Origin: an uncultured Planctomycetaceae bacterium
GTDB lineage: Bacteria > Planctomycetota > Phycisphaerae > Phycisphaerales > Zrk34
NCBI GenBank assembly: GCA_964458935.1
Contig: CAYWKS010000011.1
Coordinates: forward strand, 45,764 to 69,763
Length of the DNA stretch: 24,000 nucleotides
Reading direction: 5' to 3'
Each line of letters opens with the position of its first letter. Position 1 is the first letter of the stretch. Shown one piece after another: positions 1-9,162 of the stretch. The notes beneath the pieces were generated by a model. The model saw only the letters and a list, made by a program, of their open reading frames with translations, made no database searches and was not told where the DNA came from. The position numbers and the translations under genes are program-made.

Positions 1-117
1 TCGGCGTGGTGCGTTCCGGGCCCCCGACGCCGCCCCAAACTTGCATCCACGGCCCAAGACGGCACTTACGCAGATTTCGATTTCGAAAGATCCTCGGAGA
101 ATGTCGCGTGTTTGCTC

Positions 118-147
118 TGGCCATAGGGGGCGGCCTGCACTTACAAT
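118..147 (+). promoter_or_regulatory. candidate sigma70-type promoter upstream of the oxidoreductase gene
   Basis: TGGCCA (118-123), 18-nt spacer, TACAAT (142-147), about 150 nt upstream of ATG 297. The -35 matches 4/6. Pattern match only. Confidence 0.25.
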
Positions 148-296
148 ACGCACGTGAACTCAACCGCGGCCGGTCGACCGGACTGTCGCCGCCGCCGGTA
201 TCAAGGTCAAGGGCCCTGAGAGTATTGCCTGTATGTCGTGGTTCCGCTTGCACGGATGAACAGCGTCCAGCCACGTGAACGGAAAGCTCACAGAAC

Positions 297-3200
297 ATGA
301 AAACGGACCCGCGGTTTACCCAGGGATCGGGGCGGGAGATCTACACCGGTAACGAACTGCTCGTCAAGGGCGCGCTCGAAACGCCCGGTGGCGTGCACCT
401 GTTGACCGGTTATCCCGGCTCGCCGATCGCCGGATTCTTCGATACGTGTCACGGCCTGGCGCCGCTGCTGGCCGAGCGCGGCATCGTCGCGCGCATCGCC
501 AACAACGAAGCCCTCTCGGTCGCCATGGTCAACGGGTCGCAGATGGCCCAGTGCCGCGCCATCTGCGCCTTCAAGAGCGTCGGCGTCCACGTCGCCTCCG
601 ACGCGCTGGCGCTGGGCGTGCTCGCCGGGACCAAGGGCGACGGCGGGGCGCTGGTCGTCTGTGGCGACGACCCGTGGTCGGACTCGACCCAGGCCCCCGT
701 CGACAGCCGCTTCATGGCAGAGCACCTGCGCATGCCCATGCTCGAGCCCAGCAGCCCCCAGGAGGTCAAGGACTGGGTGCCGCTGAGCTTCAAGCTCGGC
801 CGAGCCGGCCAGATCTACATCGGCTACATGATGACGGTCTCGCTGGCCGACGGCGGCGGTTCCGTCGAGGTCAAGGCCAACGACTACCCGTCGCTGAACC
901 ACGAGCAGAAGGCGGCGCTCAGCTACGAGCGTGACATCAAGCCGTACCTCGACCAGTTCGTGTTGCTGCCGCCGCGGAGCTGGCACCGGGAGGTGGGCAT
1001 GGCCGCCCGCCACGCCGCGGTCTGCGCCGAGGCGCGTCGGCTGGGCGTCAACCGCATCCTCCACAAGCCCCAGAAGGGCGAGCGCGTGCCGATGGGCTTC
1101 ATCGCCAGCGGCGCCGCCTACGCCTACCTCTCGCAGGCGCTGGAGGAGATGGGTCTGACCGGCCGCCTGCCCATCCTCAAGATCGGGCTCAGCTACCCGC
1201 TGGACGAGCAGATCGTCCGCGAGTTCGCCGGCCACTGCGAGCAGGTGGTCGTCGTCGAGGAGCGGCGGAGCTTCGTTGAGAAGCAGGTCCACGAGGTCTT
1301 GGGCACCGGCGCCGGCGGCCAGGCCCCGACCCGGGTCTGGGGCAAGAAGTTCCCGCGCGACCTGCCGGGCATCCCCGCCACCCGCGGGCTGCACCCGTCG
1401 CTGCTGATCGAGCGGCTGGTCCCGCTGATCAAGGACCACCCGACCCTGCCGATCGAGCTGACCAACGGCCGGCTGACCGCGGAGCTGGATCGGATCAGCG
1501 TCGCCGCGGCGCGGGAGGTCAACATCCCCGTCCGCACGCCGACCTTCTGCCCGGGCTGCCCGCACCGCGACTCGTCGAACGTGCTCCTGGAGCTCCGCCG
1601 CGACCTGATGGACGCCGAGTACATGCGCCGCACGCACAAGCGGCCCCCGGTGGACCTGGTCTGCCACGGCGACACCGGCTGTTACACCATGCTCATGTTC
1701 GAGCCCAACGTCCCGCTGATGCACAACTACTCGGGCATGGGCCTGGGCGGCGGGACCGGCGCCGGCGCCGACCCGTTCATCGACAACAAGCAACTGGTCT
1801 TCATGGGCGACGGCACGTTCTTCCACTCCGGCCAGTCGGCGATCAGCAACTCCATCGCCCAGGGCCAGGACATCACCTACATCATCCTCGACAACAGCAC
1901 GACGGCGATGACCGGCCACCAGCCCCACGCTGGCAACGACGCCAACGTCATGGGCCAGACCCAGTACGCCCAGGACATCGAGCGGATCGTCAAGGGCATG
2001 ATCCCCCGCGAGGTGAGCAAGGACGTGCGGATCGTCCGCATGGACCCGGCCGACCGCCGCCGCTACCGCGAGATGATGGAGAAGACGCTGCTGGCCGACG
2101 GGGTGAAGGTGATCATCGCCGACAAGGAATGTGGGATCACCTACCACCGCCGCCGCCGCCGCGCCGAGAGCAAGGTCGCCCGTGAGCTGGGCTACCTGCC
2201 CAAGCAGACGTTCATGAACGTCGCCGAGGAGGTCTGCGAATTCTGCCTCGAGTGCACCAGCCAGACCGGCTGCCCCGGGCTGAAGATCGTCGACACCGAC
2301 TACGGCCGGAAGATCCAGACGGACATGTCGTGGTGCGTAAACGACGGGGCGTGCGAGCGGATCGGGGCGTGCCCGTCGTTCGAGCAGGTGACCATCACCC
2401 GCAAGCGGGCCCCCCGGTCGGGCGACGAGCACGTGGACCTCAGCCGCATCCCCCCCGCCCCCCGGCCCATCCACGCCGACCAGGACACCTGGCGGGCCTA
2501 CCTCGCCGGCGTCGGGGGCATGGGCGTGGGCGTGGCGACCAGCATCCTCACCATCGCCGGCCGCGAGATGGGCTACCACGTCCAGTTCCTCGACAAGAAG
2601 GGCCTGGCCATCCGCAACGGCGGCGTGTTCAGCCAGCTCGTGTTCACCCGCGACGCCAAGGGGCCCCGCACCACCCCCAGCATCCCGTTCGGCAAGGCGG
2701 ACCTGCTGCTCGGCGTCGACCTGCTCGAAGCCACCCGCTCGATCGACCCCAAGCAGCCCTACAAGGTCGCCTCGCCCGACAAGACCGCCGTCGTCGTCAA
2801 CACCGCCAAGACCCCGACCATCCTCACCCTCATGGGCCGCGACGACTTCGACATCAACGACCTGCAGGACAGCCTCCAGGACGCGGCTCACCCCGAACGC
2901 TTCTTCGGGTTCAACGTCGGCGACCTCTGCGAACGCGTCCTCGACACCAAGCTCTACGCCAACATCATGATGCTCGGCATGGCCTACCAGCTCGGGTACG
3001 TGCCCGTCACGTACCAGGCGCTGGAGAAGGCCATCCGCACCATCATCCGCAAGGAGTACGACCGCAACGTCCGCGCGTTCAACATCGGCCGGCTCATCGT
3101 CGAGAGGCCGGACCTGTTCACCGTCGAGCACCGCAAGCACTTCGAGACGGCCCGGCAGGCGTTCCGCCGCAAGGCCAACACCCTCCGCCTGCAGTTCGTC

Positions 3201-3965
3201 GGGAAGCGCGGGCAGGTGCTCGCCAAGCGGTTCCGCGTGCTGATGAAGCAGATGTTCCGCGCCACCCGCTTCCGCCCGGTGGACGACGCGCTGATGCGCG
3301 ACGTGGTCATCCGCGCCTACGACTGCGTGATCTGGGGCGGGATCGACTACGCCAAGCGCTACTGCAAGCGGGTCGTCGAGACCTTCGACCGCGACACCGC
3401 CGACTACGACTACGCCCTGACCCGCGCCGTGGTGTGGAACCTCGCCAAGGTCATGCTCATCAAGGACGAGCCGTACGTCGCGGCCATGCTCACCAGCCCC
3501 GAGAAGTACAAGCGCGACCAGCGGCGCTGGAAGGTCAACCCCGCCCGCGGCGACAAGATCACCTACCACCATCACAACCGGCCGGAGTTCGTGCTGTTCG
3601 GCCGACGCATCCGCTTCAACTGGACCAGCGTCGACTGGCAGTTGCGGATCATGAGCAAGTGCCGCTTCCTCCGCGACATGCTGCCGGGCTGGCACCGCCG
3701 CGAACGCGAGTACCGCGACTGGTTCGAGCGCGTCGTCGATCGCATCGACTGGCGCGGCGAGGCGGACTACGAGAAGTGGCTGGCGATCCTGCGGACCCCC
3801 GAGCCCGTGACCGGCTACCGCGAGGTCCGCTACCCCAAGATGGAGGCCGCCCGCGCCCGCGCCGAGGCCCTGCTCTCCGAGTCCTACGACGAGACCACGC
3901 CGCCCCCCGAGCCACGCATCAGCATCAGCCTCACCGACCGCATCCTCCACGAACAGAGCACGTGA
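297..3965 (+). CDS. indolepyruvate:ferredoxin oxidoreductase family protein (fused alpha/beta, 1222 aa)
   Basis: ATG 297 has GGAAAG about 10 nt upstream. N-terminal LLTGYPGSPI 2-oxoacid:ferredoxin oxidoreductase motif and TPP-binding GDGTFFHSG. Two ferredoxin-like Cys clusters (CEFCLECTSQTGCPG and CVNDGACERIGACPSF). The C-terminal half has the GVGGMGV nucleotide-type motif of the beta/gamma domain. Length and fusion architecture are typical of this family. Confidence 0.9.
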   Translation: MKTDPRFTQGSGREIYTGNELLVKGALETPGGVHLLTGYPGSPIAGFFDTCHGLAPLLAERGIVARIANNEALSVAMVNGSQMAQCRAICAFKSVGVHVASDALALGVLAGTKGDGGALVVCGDDPWSDSTQAPVDSRFMAEHLRMPMLEPSSPQEVKDWVPLSFKLGRAGQIYIGYMMTVSLADGGGSVEVKANDYPSLNHEQKAALSYERDIKPYLDQFVLLPPRSWHREVGMAARHAAVCAEARRLGVNRILHKPQKGERVPMGFIASGAAYAYLSQALEEMGLTGRLPILKIGLSYPLDEQIVREFAGHCEQVVVVEERRSFVEKQVHEVLGTGAGGQAPTRVWGKKFPRDLPGIPATRGLHPSLLIERLVPLIKDHPTLPIELTNGRLTAELDRISVAAAREVNIPVRTPTFCPGCPHRDSSNVLLELRRDLMDAEYMRRTHKRPPVDLVCHGDTGCYTMLMFEPNVPLMHNYSGMGLGGGTGAGADPFIDNKQLVFMGDGTFFHSGQSAISNSIAQGQDITYIILDNSTTAMTGHQPHAGNDANVMGQTQYAQDIERIVKGMIPREVSKDVRIVRMDPADRRRYREMMEKTLLADGVKVIIADKECGITYHRRRRRAESKVARELGYLPKQTFMNVAEEVCEFCLECTSQTGCPGLKIVDTDYGRKIQTDMSWCVNDGACERIGACPSFEQVTITRKRAPRSGDEHVDLSRIPPAPRPIHADQDTWRAYLAGVGGMGVGVATSILTIAGREMGYHVQFLDKKGLAIRNGGVFSQLVFTRDAKGPRTTPSIPFGKADLLLGVDLLEATRSIDPKQPYKVASPDKTAVVVNTAKTPTILTLMGRDDFDINDLQDSLQDAAHPERFFGFNVGDLCERVLDTKLYANIMMLGMAYQLGYVPVTYQALEKAIRTIIRKEYDRNVRAFNIGRLIVERPDLFTVEHRKHFETARQAFRRKANTLRLQFVGKRGQVLAKRFRVLMKQMFRATRFRPVDDALMRDVVIRAYDCVIWGGIDYAKRYCKRVVETFDRDTADYDYALTRAVVWNLAKVMLIKDEPYVAAMLTSPEKYKRDQRRWKVNPARGDKITYHHHNRPEFVLFGRRIRFNWTSVDWQLRIMSKCRFLRDMLPGWHRREREYRDWFERVVDRIDWRGEADYEKWLAILRTPEPVTGYREVRYPKMEAARARAEALLSESYDETTPPPEPRISISLTDRILHEQST

Positions 3966-4040
3966 GCCGCCGGGCCCCTGACCGACGATCTCCATGCCGA
4001 GAGCCCGTGATCGTTGCACGGGGGCCGGTGGGACGGCCCA

Positions 4041-4069
4041 TTGACCGTTGAGAAGGCGGTCGATAGCTT
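4041..4069 (+). promoter_or_regulatory. candidate sigma70-type promoter for the sulfatase gene
   Basis: TTGACC (4041-4046), 17-nt spacer, TAGCTT (4064-4069). This would give a ~30-nt leader containing AGGCGAGG just upstream of ATG 4108. Confidence 0.35.
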
Positions 4070-4107
4070 GCCGGTACCGATCCATTCCGCTTCAGGCGAG
4101 GCAACCG

Positions 4108-5682
4108 ATGTTCAAGTCCACCATGCTGAGTGCGCTGGCGCTGGGGATTGTGCTGGCGACGTGCGTGCCCGGGGCCGAGGCGGCGGACGACAGGCCGAAC
4201 ATCATCATCATCCTGGTGGATGACATGGGCTGGTCGGACCTGGGCTGCTACGGGGGCGAGGTCCGCACGCCCCACCTGGACGAGCTGGCACGGAGCGGCC
4301 TGCGTTTCACCCAGGCCTACAACACCGCCAAGTGCTTCCCGTCGCGGGCCTGCCTGCTGACCGGCGTGTACGCGCAGCACTGCGGGATGGACCAACGCCC
4401 CGGGAAGATCCGCAAAGCCGCCACGCTCGGCGAAGTGCTGCGGCCGGCCGGCTACCGCACCCTGGCGTCCGGAAAACACCACAGCACCGAGAACCTGTTC
4501 GACCGCGGGTTCGACCATTACTACGGCCTGCGCGACGGCTGCTGCAACTTCTGGAATCCCGGGGCGCAGCGCCAAGGCGAACCCGAACCCGCCCGCAAAC
4601 GCACCCGCACCTGGTGCATCGACGGCCAGACGCTCCACCCCTACACCCCCGACGACCCGAACTTCTACACGACCGATGCGTTCACCGATAAGGCGTTGGA
4701 ATGGCTGGACGAGCCCGAGACCCGGTCCAGGCCGTTCCTGTTGTACCTGGCCTACACCGCGCCGCATTATCCGCTTCACGCCTGGCCCGAAGATATCGCC
4801 CGGTACGAAGGCGTGTATGACGTCGGGTACCAGGCGATCCAGCGGGCCCGACACCGGCGGCAGATCGAGCAGGGCCTGATCGACCCGAGCATCACGCCGC
4901 TGCCCGAGCAGGATCGGCCGGCGCCATGGGAGGCGTTGAGCGATGACGAGCGGGCGCGCGAGGTGTTGCGGATGCAGGTCTACGCCGCGATGCTCGACCG
5001 CGTCGACCAGAACGTCGGGCGGCTGCTGGACAAGCTCCGCGCCCAGGGTCGGCTGGAGAACACGCTCATCCTCTTCGCTTCCGACAACGGCGGCTGCGCC
5101 GAAGAGAGGCCCAGAGCGAAGCACGCGTCCGACGCGCTTGAGGACTTTGGCCGGGTCAACAGCTACCCGGCGTGCGGCAAGGACTGGGCGCTGGTCCAGG
5201 ACACGCCGCTCCGCAAGTACAAAGGGTACAGCCACGAAGGCGGCATCTGCACGCCGATGATCGCTTACTGGCCCGGCAAGATCGAAGGGCCCGGCGGGTT
5301 CGTTCGTCAGCCGGTGCATTTCATCGACATCATGCCGACGCTCGTGCAGATCACCGGCGCCGACTACCCGCTGATGATCCACGGCCAGGCCGTAACGCCG
5401 ATGCAAGGCGTGAGCCTCGTGCCGCTGTTTCGGGGCCGGCCCATCGACCGTGAGCAGCCGCTGTTCTTCCAGTTCTCCCGGGGCGGGGCCGTGCGGGACG
5501 GCGACATGAAAGCGGTCTTCTGGGGCGACCGGCACCGCCGCGGCGACTGGGCGCTGTACGATCTGGCCCGGGATCGCAACGAGCAGCACGACCTGTCGGC
5601 CGCCCGGCCCGACGTGCTCGAACGGCTGGTCGGGCGTTGGGAGCGATGGTACGCCGCGGCCAGGGCCAGGGTCGATGGGTGA
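4108..5682 (+). CDS. secreted Cys-type sulfatase (arylsulfatase family), 524 aa
   Basis: The track ORF opens at TTG 4048. I prefer ATG 4108 because it starts a Sec signal peptide (MFKSTMLSALALGIVLATCVPGAEA) and follows AGGCGAGG. Metal-binding IIIILVDDMGWSDLG, formylglycine motif C-F-P-S-R within TAKCFPSRACLLTG, and later GKHH and SDNGG blocks. Confidence 0.9.
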   Translation: MFKSTMLSALALGIVLATCVPGAEAADDRPNIIIILVDDMGWSDLGCYGGEVRTPHLDELARSGLRFTQAYNTAKCFPSRACLLTGVYAQHCGMDQRPGKIRKAATLGEVLRPAGYRTLASGKHHSTENLFDRGFDHYYGLRDGCCNFWNPGAQRQGEPEPARKRTRTWCIDGQTLHPYTPDDPNFYTTDAFTDKALEWLDEPETRSRPFLLYLAYTAPHYPLHAWPEDIARYEGVYDVGYQAIQRARHRRQIEQGLIDPSITPLPEQDRPAPWEALSDDERAREVLRMQVYAAMLDRVDQNVGRLLDKLRAQGRLENTLILFASDNGGCAEERPRAKHASDALEDFGRVNSYPACGKDWALVQDTPLRKYKGYSHEGGICTPMIAYWPGKIEGPGGFVRQPVHFIDIMPTLVQITGADYPLMIHGQAVTPMQGVSLVPLFRGRPIDREQPLFFQFSRGGAVRDGDMKAVFWGDRHRRGDWALYDLARDRNEQHDLSAARPDVLERLVGRWERWYAAARARVDG

Positions 5683-5698
5683 TCGCCGCGGGCGTCAT

Positions 5699-5738
5699 GC
5701 GACGCGACTCCCGTGAGCGTGGGCCTGGTCGCGCGTCG
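5699..5738. terminator. GC-rich hairpin between convergent sulfatase and KAS genes (possible bidirectional terminator)
   Basis: GACGCG-AC arm 5700-5708 pairs with GTCGCG..TCG 5728-5738 (6 bp, a 2-nt bulge, then 3 bp). The ~19-nt loop can itself fold (CCC/GGG). There is no U-run on either side. Confidence 0.2.
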
Positions 5739-5739
5739 G

Positions 5740-6849
5740 CTACGCGGTGCGGATCACCACGCCCGCGACATGCCCGCCGAAGCCCGCGGCGAACAGGGCC
5801 TGCCGCGCAAGCGGACGCGGCGCGGCTCGGGCGCACAAGGACAGCGGCGTGTCCACCGGGTCGGTCAGCCACGGCATGGGCGGCCGCCGTCCCGACCGCC
5901 CCGCCAGCACCGCCAGCGTCAGCGACGCCAGTCCCGCCGCGCCCAGCCCATGGCCCAGCGCCCCCTTCGCCGCGTACACGTCGGTCGCCGGCGCACGTTC
6001 GGCCAGCACATCCGCGTAAACCGCCAGCTCGCCCGCGTCGTTGTCCCGCGTGCCCGTGGCGTGGGGGTGCAGCAGGTCCACCGGATCGCCGAGCAGCCGC
6101 CGCGCCACATGTGCCAGCGCCTCCCGCGGGCCCGACCGGACCAGGTCAAAACCCTCGCACGCGACGGCGGTGTCTTCGACCCACGCGAGCGGCCGGGCCG
6201 CCGGCTCTCGCTCCAACACGACCGCCGCGCCGACCTCGGCGGGGATGAACCCGCACCGCCGCCGATCCAGCGCTAACGCCCGGCACCCCGCGGGGGTGAG
6301 CGGGGGCAGCACACCCAACCGGCGATAGCTGTGGATGAAGATCGGCCGCAACGCCGCCTCCGACGAGACGACCAGCACCCGCTTGACCTGCGGGTCGTGC
6401 CCCAGCCACCGCCGCGCCAGGTGCACCCCGACCAGCGATGACGCGCACGCCGCCATGACCTGCCGCACCGCACCCAGCGGCAGCCGCTCGGCCAGCGCCG
6501 CGGTGAGCCGATCGACCGGCCCCAGCGCCAGCGCCGACGGCGCATCGGCGACCGCCCCCTTTGACGCCGCCACGATCGTGGGGATCGGCTCGCCGGCCGC
6601 GCCCGCCTCGTCGAGCGCCTGCCGCGCGGCACGCTCGGCCAGTTCGATCGCCGGATCGGCCGCGCCCCCGCGGGCGAACGCCACCCCGCCGATCGCCCGC
6701 ACCAGGTCCACCGGATCGATCGCATCGTCGCATCGGTCGCAACGGTCGGTGATGCATCGCCCCTCGAGCAGCGCGCGCCACGTCGCCCACGCCGACTCGC
6801 CCAGCGGCGTGCACAACCCCAGACCGGTGATGCCGATCCGATCTCTCAT
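5740..6849 (-). CDS. compact beta-ketoacyl-ACP synthase (KAS I/II-like, Cys-His-His), 369 aa
   Basis: RIGITGLGLCTPLG N-terminus and active-site Cys in MAACASSLVG. His motifs HPHATGTRDND and KGALGHGLGAAG, C-terminal AAGFGGHVAGVVI. ATG 6849 lies 74 nt downstream of the bioB stop on the same strand. Confidence 0.8.
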   Translation of the reverse strand: MRDRIGITGLGLCTPLGESAWATWRALLEGRCITDRCDRCDDAIDPVDLVRAIGGVAFARGGAADPAIELAERAARQALDEAGAAGEPIPTIVAASKGAVADAPSALALGPVDRLTAALAERLPLGAVRQVMAACASSLVGVHLARRWLGHDPQVKRVLVVSSEAALRPIFIHSYRRLGVLPPLTPAGCRALALDRRRCGFIPAEVGAAVVLEREPAARPLAWVEDTAVACEGFDLVRSGPREALAHVARRLLGDPVDLLHPHATGTRDNDAGELAVYADVLAERAPATDVYAAKGALGHGLGAAGLASLTLAVLAGRSGRRPPMPWLTDPVDTPLSLCARAAPRPLARQALFAAGFGGHVAGVVIRTA

Positions 6850-6923
6850 CGCATGCTTGTTGTATCAGATGGATTCGCCGCGGAGGCGGTCGGCGGGTGA
6901 TGCGACGGCGATGCGCCCGCCGC

Positions 6924-8045
6924 TCACGGGGCCGCGGCCCCGGCGGTCGCCTTCGCCCGGGCGCTGACGGTGGGCTTGAGCAGCGCCGTCGGCGCGGCGG
7001 TGTGCCCGTCGCCCGCGGCGGAGGCGGCGTACGCCCGGACCGCCTCGGGCCATTCGCCCTCGTCGAGACGCGGCACAAAACCCGCGTCGAGGATCATCCG
7101 CAGCGTCGCCGCCGCGTCGTCGCCCTCGGTCAGCAGGTACCCGGCCACGAACAGCGAATTCGCCGGCCACAGCGCCATCGACTGCATCGACCGCAGGTGC
7201 GTCTCACGACCGGCCGCCACCCGCACCTCCGCCGACGGGTTCACCAGCCGCATCATGCACAGCACGCGCAGCACGAACCGCGGGTCGAGCGGCCGCCCGT
7301 CGCACGTCGGCTCGCTCACCGCGTTGCCGTCGATCGGCAGCAGGAAGTTCACCGGGATCGACTCGGCCTCGAACGCCCGCAGCGCGTACGCCACGTCGAG
7401 CAGGTCCTCGTGCGCCTCGCCCATCCCGACGATCACGCCGCTGCAAAGGCCCAGCCCCGCCGCCCGCGCCTCGCCGATCGTCTTCATCCGATCCGCGTAC
7501 GTGTGCGTCGTGCAGATCGCCGGGTAGTGACGCTCCGACGTGTTGAGGTTGTGGTTGAACCGGTCCAGCCCCGCCTCGCGGAGCCGCTTCGCCTTCGACT
7601 CGTCCAGCAGTCCCACGCTCAGGCACGTCCGCAGCCCCATCGCCTTGATCCGCCGGATCGCCTGGCACATGTGGTCGATGTCGCGGTCGTTCGGGCCCCG
7701 CCCCGACAACGCCATGCAGTAGCGGTACGCCCCGGCCGCCTTCGCCTGCTCGGCCTCGGCGACGATCGCGTCGACCGGCTTGATCTTGTACGCCTGCACC
7801 GGCGCGTCCGACGTCCGCGACTGTCCGCAGTACCCGCAGTCCTCCGGGCACGCGCCGTTGCGGACGTTGTCGAGCATGTGCACGCTCACCGTGTTGTCGA
7901 AGTAGTGCCGACGCACCCGTCCCGCACACTCCAGCAGCGCCATCAGCTCCACGCCCCGCCCGGCGAGCATGTCCGCCGCGTCGGCGCGATCGATCGCGCG
8001 GTTGTTCAGCCCGGCCTCGGCCCAGGCCGCGTAACGCTCGGTCAT
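6924..8045 (-). CDS. bioB: biotin synthase (radical SAM), 373 aa
   Basis: Radical-SAM CxxxCxxC motif (GACPEDCGYCGQS), with YCMALSGRGP, NHNLNTS and GVIVGMGE blocks typical of BioB. I prefer ATG 8045 (MTERY...) over the track start at 8105. Confidence 0.92.
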   Translation of the reverse strand: MTERYAAWAEAGLNNRAIDRADAADMLAGRGVELMALLECAGRVRRHYFDNTVSVHMLDNVRNGACPEDCGYCGQSRTSDAPVQAYKIKPVDAIVAEAEQAKAAGAYRYCMALSGRGPNDRDIDHMCQAIRRIKAMGLRTCLSVGLLDESKAKRLREAGLDRFNHNLNTSERHYPAICTTHTYADRMKTIGEARAAGLGLCSGVIVGMGEAHEDLLDVAYALRAFEAESIPVNFLLPIDGNAVSEPTCDGRPLDPRFVLRVLCMMRLVNPSAEVRVAAGRETHLRSMQSMALWPANSLFVAGYLLTEGDDAAATLRMILDAGFVPRLDEGEWPEAVRAYAASAAGDGHTAAPTALLKPTVSARAKATAGAAAP

Positions 8046-8136
8046 CCGTGGCTCCAATCGACAGTGGGGGCGGTCCGCCGGCCGAACGCCGACGGACACG
8101 CGCAAGGTTCATGAATGACCGCGGGCAGCGGCCGGC

Positions 8137-8547
8137 TCAACGTCCGGTGCGGCCGCTGCGGTTGCTGCCGCCGCCGCCGCCGCCCACCGTCTGCAACGCC
8201 CGATCGACGTTGGCCCGGATGTCGATGCCGGCGAACAGCTCGATCCGCGGGTTGCTCGGCAGGTGCCGGTAGCAGACCAGCTTCTCGTTCTTGTTGTCCA
8301 GCACGTACAGGAAGTCTTCGTCGCTGATCCCTCGGGCGCTGAGGAACGTGAAGATGTTCTTGTTGACCACGAAGTCGGCGCTGGCCACCGACTCGAACGG
8401 CATCTGGCTCATCAGCGCCGCGGCGGCCGACTGGCGCGCCGACGTGTCCGCCGCGCCGCTCCGGTCGGACGCGGTAACGATGGCCAGCCCGCCCAGCACC
8501 ATGGCCGAGGCGATCAACGCGTAACAGGCGATATCCGTGCGTGTCAT
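8137..8547 (-). CDS. hypothetical membrane-anchored protein C (136 aa), paralogue of protein B
   Basis: ATG 8547 is preceded by CGAAGGAG (plus-strand 8556-8563) 8 nt upstream. One N-terminal TM helix (ACYALIASAMVLGGLAIVTA), a beta-rich domain containing DFLYVLDNKNEKLVCY and a Gly-rich tail (GGGGGGSNRSGRTGR). No family recognised. Confidence 0.6.
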   Translation of the reverse strand: MTRTDIACYALIASAMVLGGLAIVTASDRSGAADTSARQSAAAALMSQMPFESVASADFVVNKNIFTFLSARGISDEDFLYVLDNKNEKLVCYRHLPSNPRIELFAGIDIRANVDRALQTVGGGGGGSNRSGRTGR

Positions 8548-8573
8548 GTCTGCTGCTCCTTCGTTGGGGCGGT

Positions 8574-8873
8574 TCAGCGGCCGCCGCCGTCCCCGAAATC
8601 GTTGGTGATCACGCGGAAGCCGGTCGGGATCAGCTCGCCGCCGCGGCCGCGCTGCCGCGGCTCCAGCGCCAGGATCACGCCCGTGTTCAGGTCGAACACG
8701 TAGATCGTCGCCGGCGTCACACCGTCACGCCGCCCCCCGATCATCACGTAGTCGCCGGCGCGACCGGCCAGGCCCTGCCCCGTTGCCGGCGCGGGCGCGA
8801 AGCTGAACCACGCCACCGCCGTCAGCAGCGCCAGGTTCAGCACGATCAGTCCGTGCAGAAATTTCCGTTTCAT
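8574..8873 (-). CDS. hypothetical membrane-anchored protein B (99 aa), paralogue of protein C
   Basis: ATG 8873 is preceded by the same CGAAGGAG (plus-strand 8880-8887) 6 nt upstream. N-terminal TM helix (GLIVLNLALLTAVAWFSF), a domain containing TIYVFDLNTGVILAL and ELIPTGFRVITN, and a Gly-rich end (DFGDGGGR). Confidence 0.6.
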   Translation of the reverse strand: MKRKFLHGLIVLNLALLTAVAWFSFAPAPATGQGLAGRAGDYVMIGGRRDGVTPATIYVFDLNTGVILALEPRQRGRGGELIPTGFRVITNDFGDGGGR

Positions 8874-8945
8874 GGCCGACTCCTTCGAGGTCGTTGCTCT
8901 TCGCGCCCGCCGCCGAGGCCGACGCCATGGCCTTGCTCGCCCGAC

Positions 8946-9155
8946 TCAGTCCAGGTGCGTCCGCCGCGATGACTTCAGCGACACCGCGATCACCGCACCC
9001 ACGAGCACCGCCGCGATCACGTAACCGACATAAGGCGAAGGCGCGTCGTTGATCGCCCCGGGCTTGTTCGGCAACGCCGCCGAGGCCTCGCCCGCGACGC
9101 AACACACCGCCGCGACTATCCCCGCCCACGCCCGCCTGGTTCCTATCTGCCTCAT
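8946..9155 (-). CDS. hypothetical small bitopic membrane protein A (69 aa)
   Basis: A signal-peptide-like N-terminus (MRQIGTRRAWAGIVAAVCCVAGEASAA), a short Pro-rich linker and a C-terminal TM helix (YVGYVIAAVLVGAVIAVSL) followed by KSSRR. I chose ATG 9155 because the strong promoter ends 7 nt upstream. In-frame alternatives are ATG 9167 and GTG 9179. Confidence 0.5.
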   Translation of the reverse strand: MRQIGTRRAWAGIVAAVCCVAGEASAALPNKPGAINDAPSPYVGYVIAAVLVGAVIAVSLKSSRRTHLD

Positions 9156-9162
9156 GTCGCCG

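Noticed and set aside
75-280. Duplicated 9-mer CACGTGAAC (151-159 and 272-280) and tandem TTTCGA-TTTCGA with the palindrome TTTCGAAA (75-88) upstream of the oxidoreductase gene; CACGTG cores also upstream of the kinase gene and fucU
   Set aside because: CACGTG is expected about 8 times per 24 kb at this base composition, and I see it repeatedly inside coding regions as well (for example in rsmD and cca). A single 9-mer repeat within 300 bp is not statistically compelling. The observation is recorded, but no regulatory claim is made.
288-4085. 1265-aa ORF antisense to the whole oxidoreductase gene
   Set aside because: This is a shadow ORF. The sense gene uses almost exclusively G/C-ending codons, which removes stop codons from the antisense frame. 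The translation is low-complexity (Ala/Gly/Val/Asp/His/Arg-rich) with no recognisable motif, while the plus-strand frame has clear TPP and ferredoxin motifs.
3931-5589. 552-aa minus-strand ORF over the sulfatase gene, plus several 60-190 aa off-frame ORFs here
   Set aside because: It is antisense to a gene with an unambiguous sulfatase signature (CxPxR, DDMGWSD). The composition is Arg/Pro/Gly/Ala-rich and no motifs are present.
5637-8114. Multiple 150-405 aa ORFs on both strands overlapping the KAS and bioB genes (for example 6897-8114 plus, 6146-7078 minus, 7204-8112 minus)
   Set aside because: These are off-frame or antisense shadows. Only the 5740-6849 and 6924-8045 minus-strand frames contain KAS and radical-SAM BioB motifs.
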